Notes under the pieces: model-generated
What the model was told of the DNA's origin: nothing
The model's input: the letters and a program-made list of their open reading frames with translations, nothing else
The model's database searches: none
Shown: in pieces, positions 47,307 to 54,998 of the stretch
How the letters are laid out: every line of letters starts with the position of its first letter
Position numbering within the stretch: the first letter of the stretch is position 1
Translations under genes and position numbers: made by a program
Assembly: GCA_964606695.1 (NCBI GenBank)
Contig: CAZSHG010000001.1
Span: forward strand, 22,239-86,238
Direction of reading: 5' to 3'
DNA: 64,000 nucleotides
Source: an uncultured bacterium
GTDB taxonomy: Bacteria; UBP14; UBA6098

Positions 47307-48253
47307 TGTTCGGTTACGCCGGGGAAGGCTTTTTTCTGGGGCTATCTCTCGGCGTAACATGTCTTGGAACCTGCCTGCCGGTTCTGCTACCCTACCTTTT
47401 TGTCGAGAAGAGAAAATTTCGTAAGAACATAACCGGGGTATTATGGTTTCTGGCGGGGAGGTTAATCGGTTATATATCTTTCGGTGTAATCGCCGGGGCT
47501 TTAGGCGGTCAGGTTCCGGAATCATACCGTGAACCGATAACCGGCGCGGCCTATATTGTCCTCGCTACGCTGATGGTATATACGGCCTTCCGCAGACGCA
47601 ATCTGGAACCCAATTGCCCGGTTAAAAAACACAAGAAACTTTTAACCCATCCGATTATTTTCGGTCTTATTCTCGGTTTTAATCCCTGCCCTGCGTTTCT
47701 GATTGCCGCCGGGCGAGCATTCGAGAGCGGCGGTGCGCTATCCGGGGCGATATTCTTTACCGGTTTTTTTGGAGGAACATCGGTGTTCTTCCTTCCATTC
47801 AGTATCTTTGGCGAACTGGGAAGGATGAAGTTCTTCCGAATCATGGCGAAAATCCTGGCGGTTGCAGTTGCTATTTGGTTCATATGGATAGGTGGAAATT
47901 CAATAGCCCATTCGATTAAATCCGCTAACCGTCCCGAATACAGCGTCGTCGATCCATTACAGCTGGACACGATTTACGTTTCCGGCGATTCCAGCGCTAC
48001 GGCTTATTTTAATTCTCTGGTTGACAAAAGTATCGATGCGGAATTATTATATATAGTTATTGATTCGATTCCGGACGGTGCATTCGTAGTTAATTTTGGC
48101 GAAATGCCCGACACGTCGTCATTGTTGGCCAGGGATATCGGAATCGTTCATTCGGCGCCGGATTCCAACTCGGTGAAATCGAGTGCGGAAATCATTAAAA
48201 CCTATGGTTTCAAGAGTGAACCCGGCAAGGGTTTCTACTTCGGACCGAAATGA
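47306..48253 (+). CDS. CcdA/DsbD-like transmembrane thiol-disulfide transporter domain fused to a C-terminal soluble domain
   Basis: TM1 motif GVTCLGTCLPVLLPYL and a later FNPCPAFLIAAG resemble the two conserved Cys-containing helices of CcdA/DsbD-beta. About 6 TM helices, then a ~110-aa hydrophilic domain. Start overlaps the upstream stop. Confidence 0.5.
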   Translation: MFGYAGEGFFLGLSLGVTCLGTCLPVLLPYLFVEKRKFRKNITGVLWFLAGRLIGYISFGVIAGALGGQVPESYREPITGAAYIVLATLMVYTAFRRRNLEPNCPVKKHKKLLTHPIIFGLILGFNPCPAFLIAAGRAFESGGALSGAIFFTGFFGGTSVFFLPFSIFGELGRMKFFRIMAKILAVAVAIWFIWIGGNSIAHSIKSANRPEYSVVDPLQLDTIYVSGDSSATAYFNSLVDKSIDAELLYIVIDSIPDGAFVVNFGEMPDTSSLLARDIGIVHSAPDSNSVKSSAEIIKTYGFKSEPGKGFYFGPK

Positions 48254-48259
48254 GTTAAA

Positions 48260-49531
48260 ATGCCTGATACTCTACATCGAAAACGTCGCAAAACGCGAAA
48301 AACATCGCGCCCTATCGGTATCGGTCTAACTATTTTTTTCGCATTAGTAATTTTCATTGCTATAGCCTATATACTTATCAGAGGTTTGCCCGGAGACAAC
48401 TCCTCCATACCGGAAACCCCGCCTCCACCGCTTCCAACCGCCGACAGCGAAAGCACATCTTCAGTAGAATATCAGGATTACAGCGAGACATCGAACCAGA
48501 TCGAATCTCGCCCGACGGCAACGGAGGCTTCGCTGGATTCCGCTCTATATAGGGCATTAGCAAGATTAGGAGCACCTAAAAATAAGCTTCGAGTTCGAAA
48601 GGGCGAGGAACAGGAAGGTATCGGCGGAAATGTTTTCATAATCACTGCCAATATCAGCAAGGCATTTCCGATGGCAATGGCGAATCACAATGTTCAGGAA
48701 GCCTGGCGTGGTGCGGGAGGCGATATAATCGACGCCGTCGAAACCCGTTATGGCCGCGAAGTCGAGATTTCCGTGGGAATCGGCGGAATTGTCATGAGAA
48801 GAATCACTCTTCGACGCGAAATCTCCGACAAGCCTCTAACCGGCACGGTCGCGCTTATTATCGACGATTTTGGCGACATCGAATTCGAGCAGGTTGAAGG
48901 TTTCCTCGACCTGCCAATCGAATACACAGCCGCGGTAATTCCCTTCGAGAAATACACGACCGAGTCCGCGTCAGCCCTTGCGGAAGAGGGCATCGAAATT
49001 ATCGTCCATATGCCTATGGAACCTGAAAACACACAGAAATTCGACCCCGGTCCAAAGGCCATTTATGTGAAACTGCCGGAAGATGAGATCAACAAGCGAA
49101 TTCGCCAGGCTATCGAACAGATACCCACCGCGGTCGGCATGAACAACCACATGGGTAGCAAGGCCACAGCCGACAAACCCACAATGAAAACCGTCGCCGA
49201 TGCGCTCAAGGATTCCGGGCTGTTTTTCATCGACAGCAGGACTTCCCGATACACCTGCGCGATGAAAGTCATGGGCGAATACAGCATTCCGACGACGTGC
49301 CAGAACGGCAATATCGATCTCGTTGATGACACTTCCGCTATTGCGCAGAGGTTTATCGAGCTGGCGTTATCCAGCAGGGAAACCGAGGATGGCGTCATGA
49401 TTGTCGGGCACGCTCGCCCGAAAACCCTTGCCGCAATCGAACGAGTCCTGCCCGACCTGGAAAAATGGGGAATCGAGTTCATCCCGGCAAGCGAACTGGT
49501 AGCGAGACGCCAGAAGAAATCCGATGGCTAA
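48260..49531 (+). CDS. Divergent polysaccharide deacetylase family protein (YibQ-like)
   Basis: N-terminal TM plus Pro/Ser-rich linker. C-terminal region ALIIDDFGD...AAVIPFEKYT...IIVHMPMEP...NNHMGSKAT...FFIDSRTS matches the YibQ / divergent polysaccharide deacetylase family. Confidence 0.75.
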   Translation: MPDTLHRKRRKTRKTSRPIGIGLTIFFALVIFIAIAYILIRGLPGDNSSIPETPPPPLPTADSESTSSVEYQDYSETSNQIESRPTATEASLDSALYRALARLGAPKNKLRVRKGEEQEGIGGNVFIITANISKAFPMAMANHNVQEAWRGAGGDIIDAVETRYGREVEISVGIGGIVMRRITLRREISDKPLTGTVALIIDDFGDIEFEQVEGFLDLPIEYTAAVIPFEKYTTESASALAEEGIEIIVHMPMEPENTQKFDPGPKAIYVKLPEDEINKRIRQAIEQIPTAVGMNNHMGSKATADKPTMKTVADALKDSGLFFIDSRTSRYTCAMKVMGEYSIPTTCQNGNIDLVDDTSAIAQRFIELALSSRETEDGVMIVGHARPKTLAAIERVLPDLEKWGIEFIPASELVARRQKKSDG

Positions 49532-50060
49532 AGTATCGAAAATATCGCGCATAATCACGGTCGATAATATCCGACTGCATCTTGAATCACCTGAGGCGTG
49601 GCGGGAAATTATTGAACACACCCCTCCCGACGAGGAACCCGAACTACCTTCGACACAGGAGATGCGCGAGCAGATAATCGCGGAGTTGGTGGAATTGCTG
49701 TTACCCTCGGAGGCTGTCCAGCATCAGGGGCGTCTTTGCCAGGATTTAATTTTCCGCGAACGACGCGCGCCGACGGCTTTAGGACACGGCATCGCGGTGC
49801 CGCACGTCCGCACCGACCATGTCCGCGATATAGCGATAGGTTTCGGGCGCACGGATTATCCGGTCGATTGGGATTCGCCGGACGGTAAGCCGGTTGACCT
49901 CTTTTTCATCATGGTCGCGCCCACCTACGACGACACGATTTACAACCGCCTCTGGCCGAAAATGGCCTCCATCCTTCAATTCGAACAAACCCGCGAACAG
50001 TTGCGTTCCGCGGAAGAGCCGGGCGAGATTATCGCGATAATCAAATATTCCGAAATGTGA
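49524..50060 (+). CDS. PTS EIIA type-2 domain protein (nitrogen-regulatory PtsN-like)
   Basis: RERRAPTALGHGIAVPHVRTD (active-site His context) and ...DLFFIMVAP... are characteristic of EIIA-Ntr/fructose-type domains. Start overlaps the YibQ gene end. Confidence 0.65.
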   Translation: MAKVSKISRIITVDNIRLHLESPEAWREIIEHTPPDEEPELPSTQEMREQIIAELVELLLPSEAVQHQGRLCQDLIFRERRAPTALGHGIAVPHVRTDHVRDIAIGFGRTDYPVDWDSPDGKPVDLFFIMVAPTYDDTIYNRLWPKMASILQFEQTREQLRSAEEPGEIIAIIKYSEM

Positions 50061-50101
50061 TCCGATTCAGGATTTATGATTTATAATTGGTGACTGTCAG
50101 C

Positions 50102-50139
50102 ATTTCCCTGCAAACCCGGCGGGACGCCGGGGCTATTAG
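50102..50139. repeat. 38-nt intergenic direct repeat, copy 1 (ATTTCCCTGCAAACCCGGCGGGACGCCGGGGCTATTAG), contains a 7-bp GC hairpin
   Basis: Near-identical second copy at 50227..50265 (one indel, one mismatch). Each copy contains the palindrome CCCGGCG-GGAC-CGCCGGG. Confidence 0.6.
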
Positions 50140-50165
50140 CTTTTGAGTAAGTTTCACCTAAAAGA

Positions 50166-50188
50166 CCGACCGTCCCCGGTCGGGTTTC
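50166..50188. terminator. Hairpin CCGACCG-TCCC-CGGTCGG with flanking T-runs on both strands (bidirectional terminator between ptsN-like and ftsX)
   Basis: Perfect 7-bp stem, followed by GTTTCGG on the + strand and by TCTTTTAGG on the - strand. It lies between convergent genes. Confidence 0.5.
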
Positions 50189-50226
50189 GGAGAATATTGT
50201 CATTTGATGATCGATGACCTTTGGCG

Positions 50227-50265
50227 ATTTCCCCTGCAAACCCGGCGGGACGCCGGGGTTATTAG
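50227..50265. repeat. 38/39-nt intergenic direct repeat, copy 2
   Basis: ATTTCCCCTGCAAACCCGGCGGGACGCCGGGGTTATTAG. Matches copy 1 at 50102..50139 with 1 indel and 1 mismatch. Confidence 0.6.
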
Positions 50266-50340
50266 GTTGAAACGCGAACCATTATTTAATCTATTTTTGT
50301 TGTTATTATCGCCGACGAGGATTTCCTTTCGGGAAAAATG

Positions 50341-51198
50341 CTAATACCTGAGGTATTTGCGGAGAGCTATTACGCTACCGACTCCGCCGAATGCTCCCCC
50401 GATAATAACTATTGCGATGTGAATCAAGATTGGCAGGGAAATCAGGCCGGGTATTACGTATGCGGACACTTCCGTCAGTCCCCATGTGATGAGCCATGCG
50501 AGACCGCCGGAAAACGAACCGTGCAGGACGCCCTCGAAGATGAAGGGCAGGCGGATGAAACCGTTGGACGCGCCTACCAGTTGCATTATCGATATGCTGT
50601 CCGCGCGCTGTGCGATTGCGAGACGAACGGTGTTCGTGATTATCACGGTGGCGGAGAAAAGGAGTATGACTCCCCATCCGATAGTTAATATAAGGAAGAT
50701 GCCGCTTAGTTTCGCCAGCCGATATGCGATTTTATTTGGGGCGGAGAGTTCGACTACCAGGTCGTTTTCTCGGTATTTATCCGCGAGTTCGGTTACGGCC
50801 TCACCCATCGACAGCGCCTGCGAAAGCCTTACTCTTATCGACGGCGGGAAGGGGTTCGAGGGCAGACCGCGCAGGAGTTCGTCGCCATATTCGTCTATGA
50901 ATTCGATGCGTGCGCGTTCGGCTGTAACGAATTCCACGGACTCGACGCCCTTTTCGCCCTCCAATTTCGATATGAGATCCGACGCGTGGGCTTTGGTTGC
51001 GGAATTCTGCAGGTAAAATTCCAGATGGACCTTGCGTTTGAGCGTGCCGAGGGCGCTTCGGAGGTTCAATGTAACTATTGCGAAAGCTCCCAGAATTACC
51101 AGCGCGATGGTTATCGTGGTAATCGACAGAAACGTGACGAAACTCCGCCGCCAGAACGACGAAATAGCCTGGCCTATCGCGTAGAAGAAGGCTCTCAT
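50341..51198 (-). CDS. ftsX: Cell division permease FtsX
   Basis: 285 aa, 4 TM helices, large periplasmic loop between TM1 and TM2. Gene start overlaps the ftsE stop. Conserved ftsE-ftsX order. Confidence 0.85.
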   Translation of the reverse strand: MRAFFYAIGQAISSFWRRSFVTFLSITTITIALVILGAFAIVTLNLRSALGTLKRKVHLEFYLQNSATKAHASDLISKLEGEKGVESVEFVTAERARIEFIDEYGDELLRGLPSNPFPPSIRVRLSQALSMGEAVTELADKYRENDLVVELSAPNKIAYRLAKLSGIFLILTIGWGVILLFSATVIITNTVRLAIAQRADSISIMQLVGASNGFIRLPFIFEGVLHGSFSGGLAWLITWGLTEVSAYVIPGLISLPILIHIAIVIIGGAFGGVGSVIALRKYLRY

Positions 51199-51878
51199 GC
51201 CATCGCCCCCGCCGGTCTGTCCCCGATTAGGACGCCGTTTTCCAGTTCCAGAACGCGTTTGGGAACGGTGTCTATTAGCGCGGTGTCGTGGGTTGCCATA
51301 AGCACTGCGGTGCCTCTGGCGTTTATTTCGAAGAATAATTCGAGAAGCTCGTCGGTGGCGCGGGGGTCGAGGTTTCCGGTCGGTTCGTCCGCGAGGAGGA
51401 GGACTGGATTGTTCGCCAACGCCCTGGCCACGGCAATTCTCTGCTTTTCGCCGCCGGAAAGTTCATGCGGATAGGATTTCGATTTATGCGTCAGGCCGAC
51501 CATCGCCAGAAGTTCCAGCACGCGCTTTTTGATGTATTTGCGTGGCTGTCCGGTAACTTTCAGCGCGAAGGCGACGTTCTCCCAGGCGGTCATTTCTTTC
51601 AGCAATCGAAAATCCTGGAAGACTACCCCGATTTTTCTGCGCATTTTCGGGATTTCCTCTCGCTCGATAGAGACGGAATCGAATCCGGCCACGACAATAT
51701 TCCCCTCGTCGGGTCGCTCCTCCATGAAGATCAATGAGAGAAGAGTGCTTTTCCCGGCGCCGGAAGATCCTACCAGAAATGCAAATTCGCCCTCCGTCAT
51801 TTTGAAATCCACGCGGGAAAGCGCCGTCCAATTTTTGCCGAAAGATTTCGTAACGTTATTTACTTCGAGAATCGCCAT
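51195..51878 (-). CDS. ftsE: Cell division ATP-binding protein FtsE
   Basis: Walker A GSSGAGKST. ABC signature LSGGEKQRIAVARAL. Walker B LLLADEPTGNLD. Typical FtsE N-terminus. Confidence 0.9.
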   Translation of the reverse strand: MAILEVNNVTKSFGKNWTALSRVDFKMTEGEFAFLVGSSGAGKSTLLSLIFMEERPDEGNIVVAGFDSVSIEREEIPKMRRKIGVVFQDFRLLKEMTAWENVAFALKVTGQPRKYIKKRVLELLAMVGLTHKSKSYPHELSGGEKQRIAVARALANNPVLLLADEPTGNLDPRATDELLELFFEINARGTAVLMATHDTALIDTVPKRVLELENGVLIGDRPAGAMA

Positions 51879-52008
51879 AAACGAATATTAATACGAATGA
51901 ACCTATTGGTCAAGCGAATCATTTGTTAATTTCAAATTAAAAAATTTGCGACCGATAGGGTTTTTTATACCGATTGGCATTATCATTGCGTTTTTTTCAT
52001 AAAACTCC

Positions 52009-52049
52009 TTGACTTTTGGAAATATGTTCCTATAATTGCAAATAGGAAC
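52009..52049 (+). promoter_or_regulatory. Sigma70-type promoter (TTGACT-16 nt-TATAAT) embedded in a 24-bp perfect palindrome (GTTCCTAT-aattgcaa-ATAGGAAC), the candidate Fur/PerR-family operator
   Basis: -35 at 52009-52014 and -10 at 52031-52036. The palindrome at 52026-52049 has 8-bp perfect arms straddling the -10 and the predicted TSS, 24 nt upstream of the regulator gene start. This is the classic autoregulatory arrangement. Confidence 0.5.
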
Positions 52050-52072
52050 TATTATTATTCTCATTTAGAAAA

Positions 52073-52477
52073 ATGAAAACCAAATACAGACGGACGAAAC
52101 AACGCAAAATCATCCTGGATTTCCTCGATAAAAATCGATTCCACCCCACTGCGGATGACATATACGATGAAGTTCGCAAGGAACTTCCGCATATCAGCCT
52201 GAGCACGGTATATCGTAATCTTGATTTTCTTCACAGAGAAGGGCTGATAAAAGTTATCGATGCGGGTGGCGGACGACGCAGGTTCGATTACAACACAGAC
52301 GATCACCTCCATATACGGTGCGTGGAATGTGGCAGGGTTGAGGATATCGAACTGGATTTGAGCGACGATATTGCCGAGGAATGTTTCGGGAAAACGGATT
52401 TCGAGATACTCGGTTACGATATCGATATCTACGGCCTTTGTCCCGAATGTAAATCTCATAAAAAGGAGGAGAAATAA
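52073..52477 (+). CDS. Fur-family metalloregulator (PerR-like, by context)
   Basis: Winged-helix N-terminus (KQRKIILDFLDKNRFHPTADDIYDEV). Metal sites HLHIRCVECGRVEDI...LCPECK. Located immediately upstream of peroxiredoxin, desulfoferrodoxin, ferritin and rubrerythrin genes. Confidence 0.85.
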   Translation: MKTKYRRTKQRKIILDFLDKNRFHPTADDIYDEVRKELPHISLSTVYRNLDFLHREGLIKVIDAGGGRRRFDYNTDDHLHIRCVECGRVEDIELDLSDDIAEECFGKTDFEILGYDIDIYGLCPECKSHKKEEK

Positions 52478-52702
52478 CACCGGAATCGAATATCGATTCT
52501 ACGTCCGGCAGGATACGAAAATTCCTGGCCGAAAGCGCTGTTCCGATGCGTTCGGTAGATATCGCGAAAGCTCTGAAGCTTGATAGTGAAGAAATTTCAA
52601 CAAGGATAAAAAACCTCAAAAAAAGCCTAATCGAAAGCCCCGTTCGGTGCAAATATTCAATCACCGAAGAGGGAAAAATCATTAATCCTATAGGAGGAAA
52701 AA

Positions 52703-53368
52703 ATGTGTGAAGATTACGAATGCGAATGTTATTCGATGCCATTAATCGGCGACAAGATGCCGGAGTTCGAGGTTCAGACGACTCACGGCAAGATGACGAT
52801 TCCCGATGTGTTCGAGGGAAAATGGTTCATTCTGTTCAGCCATCCGGGGGATTTCACCCCGGTATGCACGACGGAGTTCGTGGCCTTCCAGAAAATGAAA
52901 GACGAATTCGACGAACTGAATTGCGAGCTTCTCGGTCTATCTATAGACCAGGTCTATGCTCACATGAAATGGATGGAATGGATCAAAGATAATCTCGATG
53001 TCGAGATTCAATTCCCGATTATTGCTGACGACGGCGCTGTCGCAGAAGAGCTGGGACTAATCCATCCAGGAAAAGGATCGAACACGGTTCGTGCGGTGTT
53101 CATCGTCGATCCAAAGGGTATAATCCGGGCAATTCTCTTCTATCCACAGGAACTCGGCAGGAATATGGCTGAAATAGTCCGTATGCTCCGCGGATTACAA
53201 ATTTCCGATAACGAAAAGGTTGCCATGCCCGCTGATTGGCCGAATAATGGTATAGTCAAAGACCACGTGATCATGCCTCCACCAAAGAGTGAAGAAGCGC
53301 GGAAGAAACGTATGGAACAGTCGGACGTCGAATGCGAAGATTGGTGGTTCTGCCACAAAAGATTATAA
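52703..53368 (+). CDS. Peroxiredoxin (1-Cys/Prx6-type, AhpC/TSA family), possibly with an 11-aa Cys-rich N-terminal extension
   Basis: [14 protein letters not shown] peroxidatic-Cys motif. Prx6-like N-terminus [18 protein letters not shown] begins at 52736. The ATG at 52703 has a strong AGGAGG RBS 7 nt upstream and would add [11 protein letters not shown]. Confidence 0.85.
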   Translation: MCEDYECECYSMPLIGDKMPEFEVQTTHGKMTIPDVFEGKWFILFSHPGDFTPVCTTEFVAFQKMKDEFDELNCELLGLSIDQVYAHMKWMEWIKDNLDVEIQFPIIADDGAVAEELGLIHPGKGSNTVRAVFIVDPKGIIRAILFYPQELGRNMAEIVRMLRGLQISDNEKVAMPADWPNNGIVKDHVIMPPPKSEEARKKRMEQSDVECEDWWFCHKRL

Positions 53369-53467
53369 AAGAATCGAACGACTCCCCGTCGAAATCGGTG
53401 GGGAGTTAAGAAAAATAACATTAAACGGCTTTTGATAGCCGTTTCAAAACGAAAAAAAGGAGAAGAA

Positions 53468-53857
53468 ATGGCTGAAAAATACGAAATCTACAAATGCGAA
53501 ATTTGCGGGAATATAGTGGAAGTCCTTCACGGCGGCAAGGGGCAACTCGTGTGTTGCAACCAGCCGATGGTAAAAATGGAAGAACAAACCGAGGAAATGT
53601 TGAAAGAAAAACATGTCCCGATGGTCGAAAAGAACGGGACGGATATCACCGTTCGTGTGGGAAGTGTCCAGCACCCGATGGAGGAAAAACACTACATCGA
53701 GTGGATTCAGGTTATCACAAAAGACGGGGAACTTTCGTTGCGCAAGTTCCTCCAGCCCGGCGACGATCCCTCGGCAATTTTCCATCTTTGCGAAAATTGT
53801 ATTGACGAGGTCAAGGCGAGGGAGTATTGTAACATACATAAACTCTGGAAGGGTTAA
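53468..53857 (+). CDS. dfx: Desulfoferrodoxin (2Fe superoxide reductase)
   Basis: N-terminal desulforedoxin-type Cys motifs CEICGN...CC. Centre II ligands around EKHVP / H...H...C..H (HLCENC). AAGGAG RBS upstream of ATG at 53468. Confidence 0.9.
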   Translation: MAEKYEIYKCEICGNIVEVLHGGKGQLVCCNQPMVKMEEQTEEMLKEKHVPMVEKNGTDITVRVGSVQHPMEEKHYIEWIQVITKDGELSLRKFLQPGDDPSAIFHLCENCIDEVKAREYCNIHKLWKG

Positions 53858-53860
53858 CCG

Positions 53861-54376
53861 ATGATAGATAAAAAGATGGAAAAGGCGATTAACGATCAGA
53901 TAAACGCCGAACTTTATTCCGCTTATCTATATCTTTCTATGGTTGCCTATTTCGAGGACGAGAATCTTCCCGGAATGGCGACCTGGATGACCGCTCAGGC
54001 GCAGGAAGAAGTCGCCCACGCTATGAAATTCTTCGATTATATCAACGAACGCGGCGGTAGGGTGATACTCGAAGCCATCGAGAAGCCTGATATCGAGTGG
54101 GGTTCGCCCTTGGCTGTTTTCGAAGCGGCATATAAACACGAACAGTATGTTACCGGCAGAATCAACGACCTCGTCGATATTGCGGAAGAAGTTAAAGACA
54201 GAGCCACTTTCAACTTCCTTCAATGGTATGTCGAAGAACAGGTCGAAGAAGAATCATCGGCGGACGAAATAGTTCAGAAATTGAAACGAATTGGAGATAA
54301 ATCCGGTATGTTATATATGCTGGATAAAGAATTGGGGGGACGAATATTTACGCCTCCCACATCGGAAGGAGAATAG
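53861..54376 (+). CDS. ftn: Ferritin (non-haem, Ftn-type)
   Basis: Ferroxidase-centre residues in [24 protein letters not shown], ...EQ... Size 171 aa. Confidence 0.85.
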   Translation: MIDKKMEKAINDQINAELYSAYLYLSMVAYFEDENLPGMATWMTAQAQEEVAHAMKFFDYINERGGRVILEAIEKPDIEWGSPLAVFEAAYKHEQYVTGRINDLVDIAEEVKDRATFNFLQWYVEEQVEEESSADEIVQKLKRIGDKSGMLYMLDKELGGRIFTPPTSEGE

Positions 54377-54378
54377 GT

Positions 54379-54864
54379 ATGGCGATCAACTACAACGCCG
54401 ACGAGATTTTCGAGATGGCGATCAAAGCGGAAAAAAACGCCGCAAAAATGTATGGCGACCTTGCCGAAAAACACAATGACCCGGAAGTTAAAGAGGAATT
54501 GAAAAAGCTCGCACAAATGGAGAGAGATCATAAAGCTATCTTCACGAAAATGCGCGAGGAACTTCCCGAAGACCAGCGCAACGCAATCTTCGATCCATAC
54601 GACGATGCCGCGAAATACCTCCAGGCAATCGCTGACGCAGAAGTTGCTGAGGGAAGCCCGGATGTTGCGGCTAAGATGACCGGCGAAGAGTCCTTCAAGG
54701 ACATAATCAAGCTCGCTATTCAGCTCGAAAAGCAGGCGATATTGTTCTACCTGGGCATCCGCGACATGGTTCCGGAAAGACTCGGTAAGGATAAGGTCGA
54801 GGGTGTTATTCGTGAAGAGCAAAGCCACGTGATTTCGCTTTCGGAAAGGCTTAAGAGCCTGTAA
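54379..54864 (+). CDS. Rubrerythrin-family diiron protein (ferritin-like four-helix bundle; no rubredoxin domain, erythrin-like)
   Basis: Paired E...ExxH motifs (EIFEMAIKAEKNA / QMERDH and AIQLEKQA / REEQSH). No C-terminal CxxC...CxxC. Confidence 0.7.
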   Translation: MAINYNADEIFEMAIKAEKNAAKMYGDLAEKHNDPEVKEELKKLAQMERDHKAIFTKMREELPEDQRNAIFDPYDDAAKYLQAIADAEVAEGSPDVAAKMTGEESFKDIIKLAIQLEKQAILFYLGIRDMVPERLGKDKVEGVIREEQSHVISLSERLKSL

Positions 54865-54998
54865 ATACAATATCTTCGTCAAAAAACTCAAGGGGCGGTT
54901 CTCCGCCCTTTTTTTTCTTTCGTATCACGAGACCGGCATATTATTGATTGACAATCGTGGTTTGAAGGCCTATTATTATGGTTATTCGAGGAGTATCG

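Noticed and set aside
46887-47525. 212-aa - strand ORF overlapping the ferredoxin and CcdA-like genes
   Set aside because: Antisense to two ORFs with strong intrinsic motifs (CxxCxxCxxxCP clusters, CcdA-type TM cysteines). No motifs of its own.
50486-51016. 176-aa + strand ORF and several 100-160-aa ORFs overlapping ftsX/ftsE
   Set aside because: Antisense to canonical ftsE (Walker A/B, ABC signature) and ftsX. Their Arg/Ser-rich translations are typical of frames opposite GC-rich coding DNA.
52009-52036. Interpreting the regulator upstream region only as a plain promoter
   Set aside because: The -10 is embedded in a 24-bp perfect palindrome, which is better explained as promoter plus operator. 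It was kept as a combined regulatory feature rather than called as two independent elements.
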